DNA of 64,000 nucleotides. It comes from a virus. Below are positions 19,699-29,970 of this stretch, in pieces. The stretch's first letter is position 1. The number at the start of each line of letters is the position of its first letter. The notes beneath the pieces were generated by a model. That model did not search any database. It was given only the letters and a program-made list of their open reading frames with translations, and had not been told where the DNA came from. The translations under genes were made by a program, and so were the position numbers. The DNA is taken from IMG/VR virus record IMGVR_UViG_3300027896_000014, positions 1 to 64,000 of that record; one strand, written 5' to 3'.

Positions 19699-21155
19699 AT
19701 GTTTAGAGGCCAAATTATAACACGATCCGATATTCAGAGAGTAACAAAGAAGCACACAGCTCCAACACCTTCATCAAGAATAGCGGGGCGTGGCGGAATT
19801 CTTGTTTCTTCAACCGATCACCCAAAAAAGTTACGCCGTCATCATGGTAAAAATAAGAAAGCCAAGAAGGCTTTGAAGATTATCTCTACCTGTGCAATTC
19901 ACTTATATCCGAAACATATGCTTCCAACTGAGGTATTGACACCATATGTAAATTCCACACCAAAGAGGGTAAAGTCAATGCCAAGAGTAGTGGCGAAGCC
20001 TACGTTCCCAGTTTCGATAGCAAAACCAATAAATCACCATTTTCATATTCCAATGAAATCAGTAATGGAGAAAATCAATGCTAAACTATCTGGGCGGCCT
20101 TAAAAAGCGTTTCGACCATATTAAGACATCTTCTGATGAGAGCGATTCCTATGAACCTGCTATCGTCATTGTTCACCATGGGAAACCAGGAAAGTCGTTT
20201 ATTATTCTACAATCGGCCTATTGGAAATATATCGACCCGAAGGATAACCTCGATGCCGAACCATCGGATGCGAAGGAATTTCAGGAACTCGTTAATAAAA
20301 ATCTTCGTATCATCCAGCTTACAAAACATTTCTATGATTCCCCGAGCAGAAAAGAAGCCCTCCTCAATATCGCCCACACCAGGATAGCGGGGGCACTCAG
20401 ATTGAGCACCGGCATTATGCTCTGTGTTTGCTATAATTTGATTAAGTGCCTCACTATGTTCGACATAGAGGTAAGCCCCCAAAGTGCTGCACAACTTCTC
20501 ATGTTCATCCAAGATGGTTTAGACGACTTGAAGAATATGCCGGAAATTGCCAAAGAAGAAAAGCTCGTGGCCGGCGAAGTGACTTTATTTGAGGGATCGA
20601 GAAAAATCGCAACTAAGGACCTAACCGTTAGCGAGACCGATTTAATCATCGAAGGCGGAGGGGAGGGAGAGGCATGAGCTTCGGACTTAGAATTTCTTTT
20701 GGTAGATTATGCCGACTTGAAAAGTTAAGAGAGCAATGGCGTATAGCTCAAGAAGAAGATGCTAAACTTTCTTGCGGCTGGAAACCTCATCAATACCGTC
20801 GTCGTTGTTGGCCTCTAAGAACCGAGGATGTTTTTGAATCCAAGAATGAGTACGACATATTTATGAAGTTTATGGCTGAAGAGTTTGACAGAATTATTTT
20901 TGAACACCTATCGAAGGATACTGAAGACAACTCATGACACCCATCTTCAAGAAGAAAAAACTCATCGAACTCTCTCCCGATTTTGAGTCAACGCCTGAAT
21001 TTCCGGTAGAGAATTTAACCATAGAGATTTATACAAAAAAGAAAAAAATATCTTATGTGGAGTCGGAAAATTTTACCGGCACACTCCACCTAAATTTTAA
21101 TAAGGGAGGACTCAGTGGGGTACTTGAGGAAGCTGTAGAAAAAAAATCCCCTTGA
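19699..21155 (+). CDS. Four overlapping hypothetical genes (19699-20103, 20078-20677, 20674-20937, 20934-21155)
   Basis: Overlapping starts and stops on the operon strand. Confidence 0.6.
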
Positions 21156-21180
21156 CAACCCCTGTGCAATGTGATAAAGA
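21152..21180 (+). promoter_or_regulatory. Putative late promoter
   Basis: TTGACA-17 bp-TAAAGA with TGn extension. Confidence 0.5.
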
Positions 21181-21241
21181 AATTTAACAATTAATTTTAG
21201 ACCAGGTTGGTCCGTAAGTTTTAACCTCGGTTAACAACTGC

Positions 21242-21294
21242 AACCCCTGGATAAACGCAACAAAAGCGTTGCGAGTTATTCGGGGGTTTTTTTT
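21242..21294 (+). terminator. Intrinsic terminator/attenuator upstream of portal
   Basis: AACCCCTGGATAA-ACGCAAC / GTTGCG-AGTTATTCGGGGGTT stem plus T run. Confidence 0.75.
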
Positions 21295-23560
21295 GGACTC
21301 ACAAACTAAAGGACAAATCCTCCAGACATCCCGCCCGCAAGTCTACAAAAAAGAAACCAGAGACGGCCAAGAAATCCCCAGAACACGCCTCGGCGTAAGT
21401 GATAGCAAGCATCCACTGGACGGCCCTGAGTGGACAGAGCGATTGCGAAAGCTTATGCAGTGGAGGCGGCAAGCCCGCGTGTATCAAGCGGATAATCGAA
21501 TGGAGCAAGCCATTGATGAGGATTTCTACGATTCCATCCAGTACGAACCTGAAGATCTCCATGTCCTCGAAGAACGCCGCCAGCCTCCCCTCGTCTACAA
21601 CGTCAGCAAAAACGTCTTGAACTGGATTTTCGGTGTAGAGCTTAAAACGAGGATGGATCACCGTATCCTTCCACGAAAGAAGAACGATTCGGCCAATGCC
21701 AAGACCAAAACGAAACTCTTCAAGTATGTGGCCGATGTTTCTAAAGCGGCCTTTCACAGATCGCAGGCGTTTCAGGAGTGCATCAAGTCGGGACTCGGCT
21801 GGATCGAAACCGGAGTAAGAAAAAATGGCGATGAGCCCATCTTCATCCGCTCAGAGAGATGGCGCAATATGTGGTTTGACCATCTGGGTTTGGAGCTTGA
21901 TTGCTCGGACTGGCGCTATATCGTCCGTGAAAAATGGGTAGACCTCGACATCATCCAGGCCATGTTCCCGGAGAGAAAAGATGCCTTGAAGGTTATTTCT
22001 GAAGGCGTAAACTCCCTCTATCCCTATTTGCCCGACGATACGGTAATCACCGATTACGCTTCCGAATTCGACCTTGAATCCGACCTTGATTCTCTTTTTG
22101 GCGGACCCTTTGATGGAGCCAGAGAACGGGTAAAGGCCGTTGAGATGTGGTATCGGATGCCAGACCATGTAAAACTTTTGCATGTCCGGGATGAGGACAC
22201 GCCCTTTGGGGCGCTCGATGGTTCAATCTACAGGCCGCAAAACGCCGATCATAAATACCTTGTCGACGGCGGCTATTTTTCCACGATAGACGCCTACATG
22301 CTTACTGTCCGCTGTGCGATGTGGGCAGGCGCTACCTATCTTCAGGATATTCTAAGCCCTTACCACCATAACCGCTTCCCCTTCATACCTCTTTGGTGCT
22401 ACCGCAGAAAACGTGACAACCTACCCTATGGAGTCATGCGGGACATTCGGGACCCACAGAGCGACTTAAACAAACGTCGTTCCCGCTCCCTCTTCCTCCT
22501 ATCGGCAAACCAGGTAATTCACGAAAAGGGCGCCTTTGATGACCCAAATAAATTCAGAGACGAAATGAACAGAGCCGATGGAGACATGGAGGTAAACGAG
22601 GGTGTCCTTGTGGGCAAAAAACTTGAAATCGTCAAGCACAATGTCGATGCCGAAGCTCACGTCAAAATGGCTCAGGACGACGAGAGATTCATCCAGAGAA
22701 TTGCAGGCGTTGAGGATCCGAACCTTGGAAAAACCGAAAAGGAATTAAGCGGTAAGGCGCTTGCCCAACTCTCCATTCAGGGACAAACGACCTCCGGTAT
22801 TTTCTTCGACAACACTTATTATGCTTTTCAACACGAAGGCGAAATTGTTCTATCTCTCATTGAGCAGTTCTGCGACCAAAAGAAAGAATTTTTAATCAGC
22901 GGGGATCAGAGCAGAGACGAATTTATAACCATCAATGAGCTTACCGATCAGGGAATTCAAAATAATATCACGCTATCGAAAGCGAGATTTATTGTCTCGA
23001 AACAGGATTACCGGGAGAGCCAAAGACTCTCCATGCTCGATATGTTAAGCCAGCTCGTTCAGAGTCTTGCGAAGTCCATGCCTCAAGTCGCCCTTGCCCT
23101 GCTTGATGAAGTTATCGATTTCATGGATGACCTTCCGAATAAAGATGAGATGGTCTCAAGAATTCGTAAGATTAACAAACAACATGCACCCGAAGATGAG
23201 ATGACTCCAGAGGAGAAGGAACAGTTTAAACAGGCGCAGGCCCAAGTGCAGCAAGAACAAAATGCCATTAAACAGATTCAACTCGCCATGTCGAAGGCCG
23301 AACTTGCAATCAAACAGGGAGAGGCTGCGGATAAAGAGAATAAGGCAATGAGAAACCATGTCGATGCGCAGATGAAGAAGCTCGAAGGATTTATTAAAGC
23401 TTTGGAAGCGGCTCAAATAATCAGAGCGGCACCCCAGTTGGTTGGGGCTGCCGATAGGCTGATTATAGAGGCGGAGCAGGCCGGGGAGAAAAAGCCTGGA
23501 AATGGCGGAGCGCAGAGGCGCTTACTGCAACCAAGTGGAGGAACGGGATTGCCGAGTTAA
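21293..23560 (+). CDS. Portal protein (P22-like long podoviral portal)
   Basis: DEDFYDSIQY, RQPPLVYN, FPFIPLW, LPYGVMRDIRDPQ.DLNKRRS, SGKAL, C-terminal coiled coil; start re-called at TTG 21293. Confidence 0.9.
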   Translation: MDSQTKGQILQTSRPQVYKKETRDGQEIPRTRLGVSDSKHPLDGPEWTERLRKLMQWRRQARVYQADNRMEQAIDEDFYDSIQYEPEDLHVLEERRQPPLVYNVSKNVLNWIFGVELKTRMDHRILPRKKNDSANAKTKTKLFKYVADVSKAAFHRSQAFQECIKSGLGWIETGVRKNGDEPIFIRSERWRNMWFDHLGLELDCSDWRYIVREKWVDLDIIQAMFPERKDALKVISEGVNSLYPYLPDDTVITDYASEFDLESDLDSLFGGPFDGARERVKAVEMWYRMPDHVKLLHVRDEDTPFGALDGSIYRPQNADHKYLVDGGYFSTIDAYMLTVRCAMWAGATYLQDILSPYHHNRFPFIPLWCYRRKRDNLPYGVMRDIRDPQSDLNKRRSRSLFLLSANQVIHEKGAFDDPNKFRDEMNRADGDMEVNEGVLVGKKLEIVKHNVDAEAHVKMAQDDERFIQRIAGVEDPNLGKTEKELSGKALAQLSIQGQTTSGIFFDNTYYAFQHEGEIVLSLIEQFCDQKKEFLISGDQSRDEFITINELTDQGIQNNITLSKARFIVSKQDYRESQRLSMLDMLSQLVQSLAKSMPQVALALLDEVIDFMDDLPNKDEMVSRIRKINKQHAPEDEMTPEEKEQFKQAQAQVQQEQNAIKQIQLAMSKAELAIKQGEAADKENKAMRNHVDAQMKKLEGFIKALEAAQIIRAAPQLVGAADRLIIEAEQAGEKKPGNGGAQRRLLQPSGGTGLPS

Positions 23561-23633
23561 ACAAAACCCAAATAAGTAGGGAGAGCTAAAAATTAGGCCA
23601 AAAATTAACCCAGAAAATAAGGAGGATAAAAAA

Positions 23634-24062
23634 ATGTTTAAAAAAACAAAACTTTTAGTATTGGTATTGGCCATATGCTTACTGTTACCCCTTGCCTCAC
23701 TTGCGGCCCCTACAGAAACAACTAATTGGGTGGTGGACCCTTATGGGATCAGCGAGCAATATGGATTAGCCATGATGCTCAATAGAATGGGCACCAGAGT
23801 TTTATTCCAGATTGGGAGTTGGGTTATTCCTTATAATGGCCCGACTTATGATTATTGTGCTACATTTCAAGATCAAGTCGTTGGAGGGGGGATTCGTGCC
23901 CAACTTTTCACTGGCAACTTTGATATTTGGGTAACACCAGCCAGTGTGACTGTAGGGCCATTTGGGAGTTTATTGCTTGCGGATATAATTATCACCCCAG
24001 GCACAAATTACAGACTATGGTATTCAGTGAGGACCACTCCTTGGCCTCCAAGGAATCAGTAA
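23634..24062 (+). CDS. Secreted hypothetical protein (moron-like)
   Basis: Signal peptide ending ASLA; strong RBS; flanked by a 12-bp inverted repeat. Confidence 0.7.
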   Translation: MFKKTKLLVLVLAICLLLPLASLAAPTETTNWVVDPYGISEQYGLAMMLNRMGTRVLFQIGSWVIPYNGPTYDYCATFQDQVVGGGIRAQLFTGNFDIWVTPASVTVGPFGSLLLADIIITPGTNYRLWYSVRTTPWPPRNQ

Positions 24063-24106
24063 AATATTTAGATTGGCTCTCCCTTAATTTTTAGAAGGAG
24101 AAATAG

Positions 24107-24961
24107 ATGGCAAAGAAAATTATTATTTTACAGAAGCAGGATTTCACGAATTATTTTGAAGTGTCATTTGTTTTTTGGCTTGCTGTTCCTGTATCTCAGC
24201 AACCCTTTAGGGTTAATTCTTTAGCTACAAGTGTTTATAGCGGAGCCACAACTGCTGAAATTCAAGCTATTCAGGCAGGACAAATATATGAATACGTAGG
24301 AAGAGCATCATATCCCGTCGGTACTGTGAATACTACAATAGCTGCCGATTTAGTGGGAAAGTATAATAATGCTCAAACAGACTTAAGTAATCAAACCCTG
24401 TTCCAATTTTACGGAACATATTGGGATGGGACAGCCTGGACAATACAGGGAGGATAATAGATGGCAACCGCATCAAGGAATATTGGTAGTCATGTCGCAA
24501 TGACAATAACCAATTTAAACAGTTTAGCAAATTCCCAAACTGCGGGTTGGCAATCTGCAAAAGTAGACGATACCTCAACCAAGGCACTCGATTATGAAAT
24601 CGCTGTTAAATTGACGATGGCCAATACCGCACCCGCAAATGATAAGGCCGTTTACGTTTATGCTGTACCTTGGTATTACGATGGTTCAAGTTGGTATCCT
24701 GCGGATTGCGGTACGGGTACATTACCCACTGGGACAGAAGGAACCATTACCATTGCAAGTCCGAATGACATGAGGTTGCTTGGGGTACTAAATTATACAA
24801 CTCAGCAAATGGTTCTGGAAGGGGTATTTTCCTTGCTTAATGCCTTCGGTCAATACCTTCCCGATGGATGGAGTTTGGTCATAATTGATTATTCAGGTGC
24901 TGCCATTGCTGCATCTGCCAATATGGTGGCATACAAACCAATCAAGGTGGACATAGCATAA
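24107..24961 (+). CDS. Two beta-rich putative virion accessory proteins (24107-24457, 24461-24961)
   Basis: Thr/Ala/Asn-rich, good RBS, tightly packed. Confidence 0.65.
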
Positions 24962-24962
24962 A

Positions 24963-25742
24963 ATGGGCTGGAATCCGAGACCTTTTCTTGGAAGTCAAAT
25001 AAATAGGGCACATCCTCTTTTGAGGGGTTTGAAGTTATGTAGTCCCCTCAATGAAAGTGGAGGACTTTATCTTCAAGACGTGGCCTCGAATCTTAGACAG
25101 GGAACTATTACTGGGGGGATCTGGAAACCTATGGCAGATGATGGGGTTTACCTGAATGGGAGTGGGCAGTATATCGGTTATCCCCAGATTAGCTCTGATT
25201 TAACAAATACTCAGGAAATGACGGTTTCTATGTGCTGCAATATCCTTAATCCTGTTGCTAATGACAGGTATTTTGAAACTAAAGCGGTTTACAGTGATCT
25301 CAATGGTTGGACAATACAAGACTCTGGAGTAGTCAACTTCCAATTCTTTTGTAATGTGGCACAGGTAATTGCTTTACAAGGTTATACCACAGGTGTCTGG
25401 GCTGAGCAGACTATTAGCTATAAGAATCCAGGCAACTGTAATGGATATATTAATGGAGTTTTAAAGGCCCAAGTTGCTACCACTTATGGTATGTCATCTA
25501 ATTCCAATCCTTTCTATATCGCACGTTATGGGTCAGGAGGCAATAATGCCACGATAATGGTTAAGCATATTTTCTTCTGGAACAGGCAATTATCAGATCA
25601 AGAAGTCATGGATTTTTACAACAGGCCCTATGCCATGTTTGAGCAACCCCAGAGGGCGAAGTGGTTTATGTTACCGGTGGCAGGGGTGGCACAGCAGGCA
25701 TATCAACCCTGGGCGCAGATGGGGCCAATTTTGGCGCAATAA
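24963..25742 (+). CDS. LamG/concanavalin-like lectin-fold protein
   Basis: PLNESGG, GVYLNG, YINGV, FYIARY, FWNRQLSDQEV. Confidence 0.8.
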   Translation: MGWNPRPFLGSQINRAHPLLRGLKLCSPLNESGGLYLQDVASNLRQGTITGGIWKPMADDGVYLNGSGQYIGYPQISSDLTNTQEMTVSMCCNILNPVANDRYFETKAVYSDLNGWTIQDSGVVNFQFFCNVAQVIALQGYTTGVWAEQTISYKNPGNCNGYINGVLKAQVATTYGMSSNSNPFYIARYGSGGNNATIMVKHIFFWNRQLSDQEVMDFYNRPYAMFEQPQRAKWFMLPVAGVAQQAYQPWAQMGPILAQ

Positions 25743-26045
25743 CGACTAAAGAAAGGAAAACGATGATGTTGGAAAGAACGAAGACTCAAGGAGAGCTTTT
25801 GGCAGAAGCCCAAATCGCAGACGACAAACGGTGTGATGACTGTATGAAAGAGGTTCAGACCGTACTCAGAAAATACAATTGTCTTATGTCCCCCGTTTTT
25901 CACATAACGACCAAGGGCATCCAGGGTAATGTGACGATAGAAGCACTTCCAATAATTCCAGGCAGAGATAATGGAGGGAAATTGAGGTAACTAATTTTAT
26001 TTTAACATAGGGAAAACAAAATTCCCGTTTGGCCACGGGAATCCC

Positions 26046-26096
26046 AAGCATAAGAAAGCCCAACTGTACGTACAGGCAGTTGGGCTTTTTTTTTGG
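26046..26096 (+). terminator. Intrinsic terminator
   Basis: AAGCCCAACTG / CAGTTGGGCTT stem plus T run. Confidence 0.75.
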
Positions 26097-26123
26097 GACA
26101 CAGGCTAAAAGGAGGAAAGAACC

Positions 26124-26606
26124 ATGAGAGAGTACACAGTTACCGGACAAAACATCACAGTATCAGGCGGTCCAACCCTTGTCCTTATCAACCCGGTGGC
26201 AGGAACGGCAATCGAAATTTTGCGTTGCTGGTGTTCTCAGATGGCCAACGCCACGAGCGCCCAACAGGGAATACAAATGGGCACTAAAGCATCGGCCTTC
26301 GGGACTTACGTTTCCGCTACACCTGGCAAGACGAAATCAGGCGACCCTGTATCTGGAATTGCTGGTGGCACGACTGGCGCCGCAGGCACATGCGGAATCA
26401 ATGCCTCCGCCGAGGGAGCGGGAACTGCACTCGCAATCTATCCTGATGCGTTCAACGTGCTTAACGGTTGGCTCTGGGTGCCGACACCACGAGAGACGTT
26501 CATCATCCGGGCAGCCGATTCATTGGCCTTTCAACTAAAGTTCAGTACAACCCCAGGGACTTTGACGGGGTGGAACTTTGGCGTAACCTATTCCGAACTT
26601 GGATGA
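26124..26606 (+). CDS. Putative virion decoration protein
   Basis: AGGAGG RBS, Ala/Gly/Thr-rich beta protein. Confidence 0.6.
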   Translation: MREYTVTGQNITVSGGPTLVLINPVAGTAIEILRCWCSQMANATSAQQGIQMGTKASAFGTYVSATPGKTKSGDPVSGIAGGTTGAAGTCGINASAEGAGTALAIYPDAFNVLNGWLWVPTPRETFIIRAADSLAFQLKFSTTPGTLTGWNFGVTYSELG

Positions 26607-26618
26607 CAAATCCAATGA

Positions 26619-27179
26619 TTACGGTGAGTTACAGATTATACGGCTGATATGTGTTTGGCTAAATCCATACATCAAAGCCAACATGGATTGGGAAATTCCA
26701 CCCGCTGCATAGCGGGTACGAATTTCTTGAATTTCTTCCGCCGTAATCCGTTTAATTGGAAAACGATTCTTTTTAAGCATGTCTTGTGTGTTGTCTTTCA
26801 AAGTACCGAGGAACAGATGATTTGGATTAACGCAGGGAGGATTATCACATTTATGACAAACAGCCATTCCCTCTGGAATTGGACCATGATGAAGTTCCCA
26901 GGATACACGATGGGCTTGCAATCCAGATTTGTCGTTGCCATTGCCAAGTCTTCCATATCCGAATTCAGATTTAGCCCCGATCCAAATCCAACAGGTATCG
27001 ATTTTTTTAACCTTTTCCCAAAACTTTTCGGAGATGGGACGCACTTTAGAAAGGTGATAGCAACGTGGGCTACAGCAATGACCAGCATCCCGTTTTATCT
27101 CACTCGGCCAAACAAAATGTATGCGTTGACAAATAGGACAGATTCGTTCGACTTGTCCAGGATAGGTACGGTTTAACAT
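26619..27179 (-). CDS. HNH homing endonuclease, antisense to late operon
   Basis: CWIWIG, AHRVSW, VCHKCDNPPCVNPNHL; C-terminal HTH; AAGGAGG RBS. Confidence 0.9.
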   Translation of the reverse strand: MLNRTYPGQVERICPICQRIHFVWPSEIKRDAGHCCSPRCYHLSKVRPISEKFWEKVKKIDTCWIWIGAKSEFGYGRLGNGNDKSGLQAHRVSWELHHGPIPEGMAVCHKCDNPPCVNPNHLFLGTLKDNTQDMLKKNRFPIKRITAEEIQEIRTRYAAGGISQSMLALMYGFSQTHISRIICNSP

Positions 27180-27212
27180 GGTTAACCTCCTTTATTTGGT
27201 GTTGTGTATGAC

Positions 27213-27241
27213 AGTATATCACTTGGTTAGACAAAATACAA
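27213..27241 (-). promoter_or_regulatory. Promoter of the antisense HNH gene
   Basis: TTGTAT-17 bp-TATACT with TGn extension. Confidence 0.55.
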
Positions 27242-27253
27242 GGAGAATTTAAT

Positions 27254-28381
27254 TTGGGACTCTATTATAACCCTCCCCAGCCCCCAGCGATGGCACCGAG
27301 TATTGTACCGGAGGTATACCCGGTAGCGACGGACAATCCTCCGTTCGTTCATCCTGGGAGACCTGGGCCTGAGTTCTTTCGTCTACTGGCGGCATGGGTA
27401 AATCCTGACACTCCAGACCCACTTCCTTATCGGAGACAGATTACTTCTGCGCTCGCAGGATGGAGTGTGGACAATCCGCCAACAAGACGTGACCCATCTC
27501 TACCCCTAATCACAATGCAGTGGCAGCCACCGGACCCACTTCCTTACCGACGGCAGATTACCTCTGCGGTTCCTGGCTGGAGTGTCGATACGCCACCATT
27601 AGGAATTTCAAATCTTCCAACTATCCTAATTACATGGCGGCCTCCGGACCCGCAGCCATATCAAGCGGTTCGTTCAATGGTGCCGACGGTTTACCCGGTA
27701 ATTTTTAACGATCCGCCATTCGGCCAAGCAAGAAACAGTCAATCTCTTTCAACCGTTATTTCGTGGTGGCTTCCAGATCCGCTGCCACAGGGAAGCAGGA
27801 TTTCGTGGATACCGATATATCAACCAATCGTTGTTGCGAACCCTCCATTTATTCTGCCGTTGGTTCTTTACAACATTCTGGACTCTTGGATACCCCCAGA
27901 CCCGCAACCGAGGCAGATACCTCCGAGTATATTACCAACGGTATATCCAGTTCAGGTAAGCAATCCACCGTTTGGGATACCGAGTCCAAACCTTCCGACT
28001 ATTCTGGCGACGTGGAGACCCCCAGACCCGCAACCACAGCGGATTATTCCGACCTCATCTTTTCCTGGGTATAGCGTGGACAACCCACCAGTAGGGATCC
28101 CGAATCCGAACCTTCCTTCCATTTTGGTTACATGGCGCCCTCCCGATCCTCAACCGCAGCGATGGATACCAAGCATTATTCCTTCTCAATATCCAGTCGT
28201 TGTTTATAATCCGCCCTTTGACAAGGCAAGAAGTAGTCAAACTTTCTATGAGATTTTAAATTCCTGGGTGCCTCCTGAGCCAATCAGGATGGCGAGTCGT
28301 GCAGTGATTCAACCAGGGATCACCGTCACAGTGAAATTCAGGGCATTTGCTGATGATGATGTCATCACGTTTTCGTTTTAG
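27254..28381 (+). CDS. Proline-rich tandem-repeat protein
   Basis: About 8 repeats of NPP...W(R/Q/I/V)PPDP(L/Q)P..R. Confidence 0.75.
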   Translation: MGLYYNPPQPPAMAPSIVPEVYPVATDNPPFVHPGRPGPEFFRLLAAWVNPDTPDPLPYRRQITSALAGWSVDNPPTRRDPSLPLITMQWQPPDPLPYRRQITSAVPGWSVDTPPLGISNLPTILITWRPPDPQPYQAVRSMVPTVYPVIFNDPPFGQARNSQSLSTVISWWLPDPLPQGSRISWIPIYQPIVVANPPFILPLVLYNILDSWIPPDPQPRQIPPSILPTVYPVQVSNPPFGIPSPNLPTILATWRPPDPQPQRIIPTSSFPGYSVDNPPVGIPNPNLPSILVTWRPPDPQPQRWIPSIIPSQYPVVVYNPPFDKARSSQTFYEILNSWVPPEPIRMASRAVIQPGITVTVKFRAFADDDVITFSF

Positions 28382-28392
28382 AGGTTTTTGGT

Positions 28393-29060
28393 ATGGTACG
28401 TCCATTTGAAATTCATTCAAAGAGCGTTTTGCTTTTTTCCTATGACCCGTCGACCGGAGAATTTATCCCGGTTGTGGCGAACCCTTCGGGAGAGCTCAAG
28501 ATGGCGGGCAATCTAAACCTCGCTGCCGATATCGAGATAGACGGTACGCCAGTTTTGAATAGACGCTTTTTGGTAAATGCTTCGGGAGACAATACGCTGG
28601 TTACGATCGCATCCGGCCAGTACATGAAACTCTACAAGGCCATTCTATCAGTGAGTGCCGATATTTCGGGAGAGGTAACGTTAAAGCTCGGTGGGAACTT
28701 CTTAGCAGGGGTACAAAATCCGAAATCAGGTGGTCAGTACATGCTGGTTTCTTCATTCCCGGACTTTGAACAGGGGATTTCCACCGGAGATGCACTCATT
28801 TTGAATCTTCCAAGTGGCACTACGGTAACTTTGAATTGTTCCTATGAAATCAGGAGTGCAGGGGTTCTATGAAAGCAAGGGTCAAAATACTTTCAACGAC
28901 GATAGACCCAGAAAACATCTGGATGGCAGATATTGGGAAATTACTGTCAGTTATTTCTGAGATCAAGGAACAAAACGAAAGGATATTGGCCATTCTCAAC
29001 CGACCATCATTGTTAAACAGGCTGAAACTGTGGGTAAAAAAATTATTTAGGAGGAATTAG
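28393..29060 (+). CDS. Two hypothetical late proteins (28393-28872, 28869-29060)
   Basis: ATGA overlap, operon strand. Confidence 0.6.
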
Positions 29061-29062
29061 CT

Positions 29063-29675
29063 ATGGCAGCTTTCTTTGAAAAAAGGACCAAAAGACAGAA
29101 CAGACATCCCAAAACAGGCTATATGCCTGACCGATACGAAACCGAAGAGGATCTCAAGGCCTTGGCAAGAAAGAAAAAGATCGAGAAAGACCTTGAGCGA
29201 CACAACAGAGTTAAGCAATTCGCCAGGGAAAAGCTCAAGGAAAGGCAGGCCAGGGGCAGAGAACAATCTGAGGCTCAGGTCAAGGGAGTAGACATGACAG
29301 TTTTCGATAAACCGGAAACCACCGAACATCATCAGGACGACAGGTATCTTCAGCCGAAGCCAAAGGATAAAAAACATTTTCAGAAACCGAGAACTATAAC
29401 TCACGGTTAAAGGGAGGAGGTAAGCCATGGCAAAGAAGAAGAAATCAACCGGCATCGTGGATCAACCATATTCACCCGAAAAGTATGAGATTGAGGAGGA
29501 TTTGAGAGCGCTCGGTCGTGCTCATGCAGTAAGAAAAGATCCAGAGAGAATGAAAAAGGCCAAGACCTTGGCAAAAGAAAAGCTTGATGAGAACCAGAAG
29601 AAGAAGGAAGAGGCCGAACATCTCATCGATTTGGGGCAAGGGGAAAAAGAAGAAGGCGAAAAAGAAAAAGAATAA
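29063..29675 (+). CDS. Tandem paralogous small basic proteins (29063-29410, 29427-29675)
   Basis: Shared YE.EEDL.AL.R....KD.ER....K..A.EKL motif. Confidence 0.7.
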
Positions 29676-29970
29676 AAATCAAACAAAAAAGGAGGGATGA
29701 AACATGCCTGCTGGAACAATAACACTTTTAAAGAGTTTGGCTCAAAAGGTGAACGCTATCGTAACTGATAATACTAACCTGTTTTTTGGGTGCAACGAAG
29801 GGACGATTTATAAGTATGTCATCTCCGGTGGTGCAACAACCATTGTGGCGAAGCTAAACGGAGAGATTGTCGACATGACGTATTACAGCAACGTCCTCTA
29901 TGTGGGACTTGCAGATGGAACCCAGTACTCTGTGACAACCGCATAAGATCGAACGAAAGGAGAAATCGAG

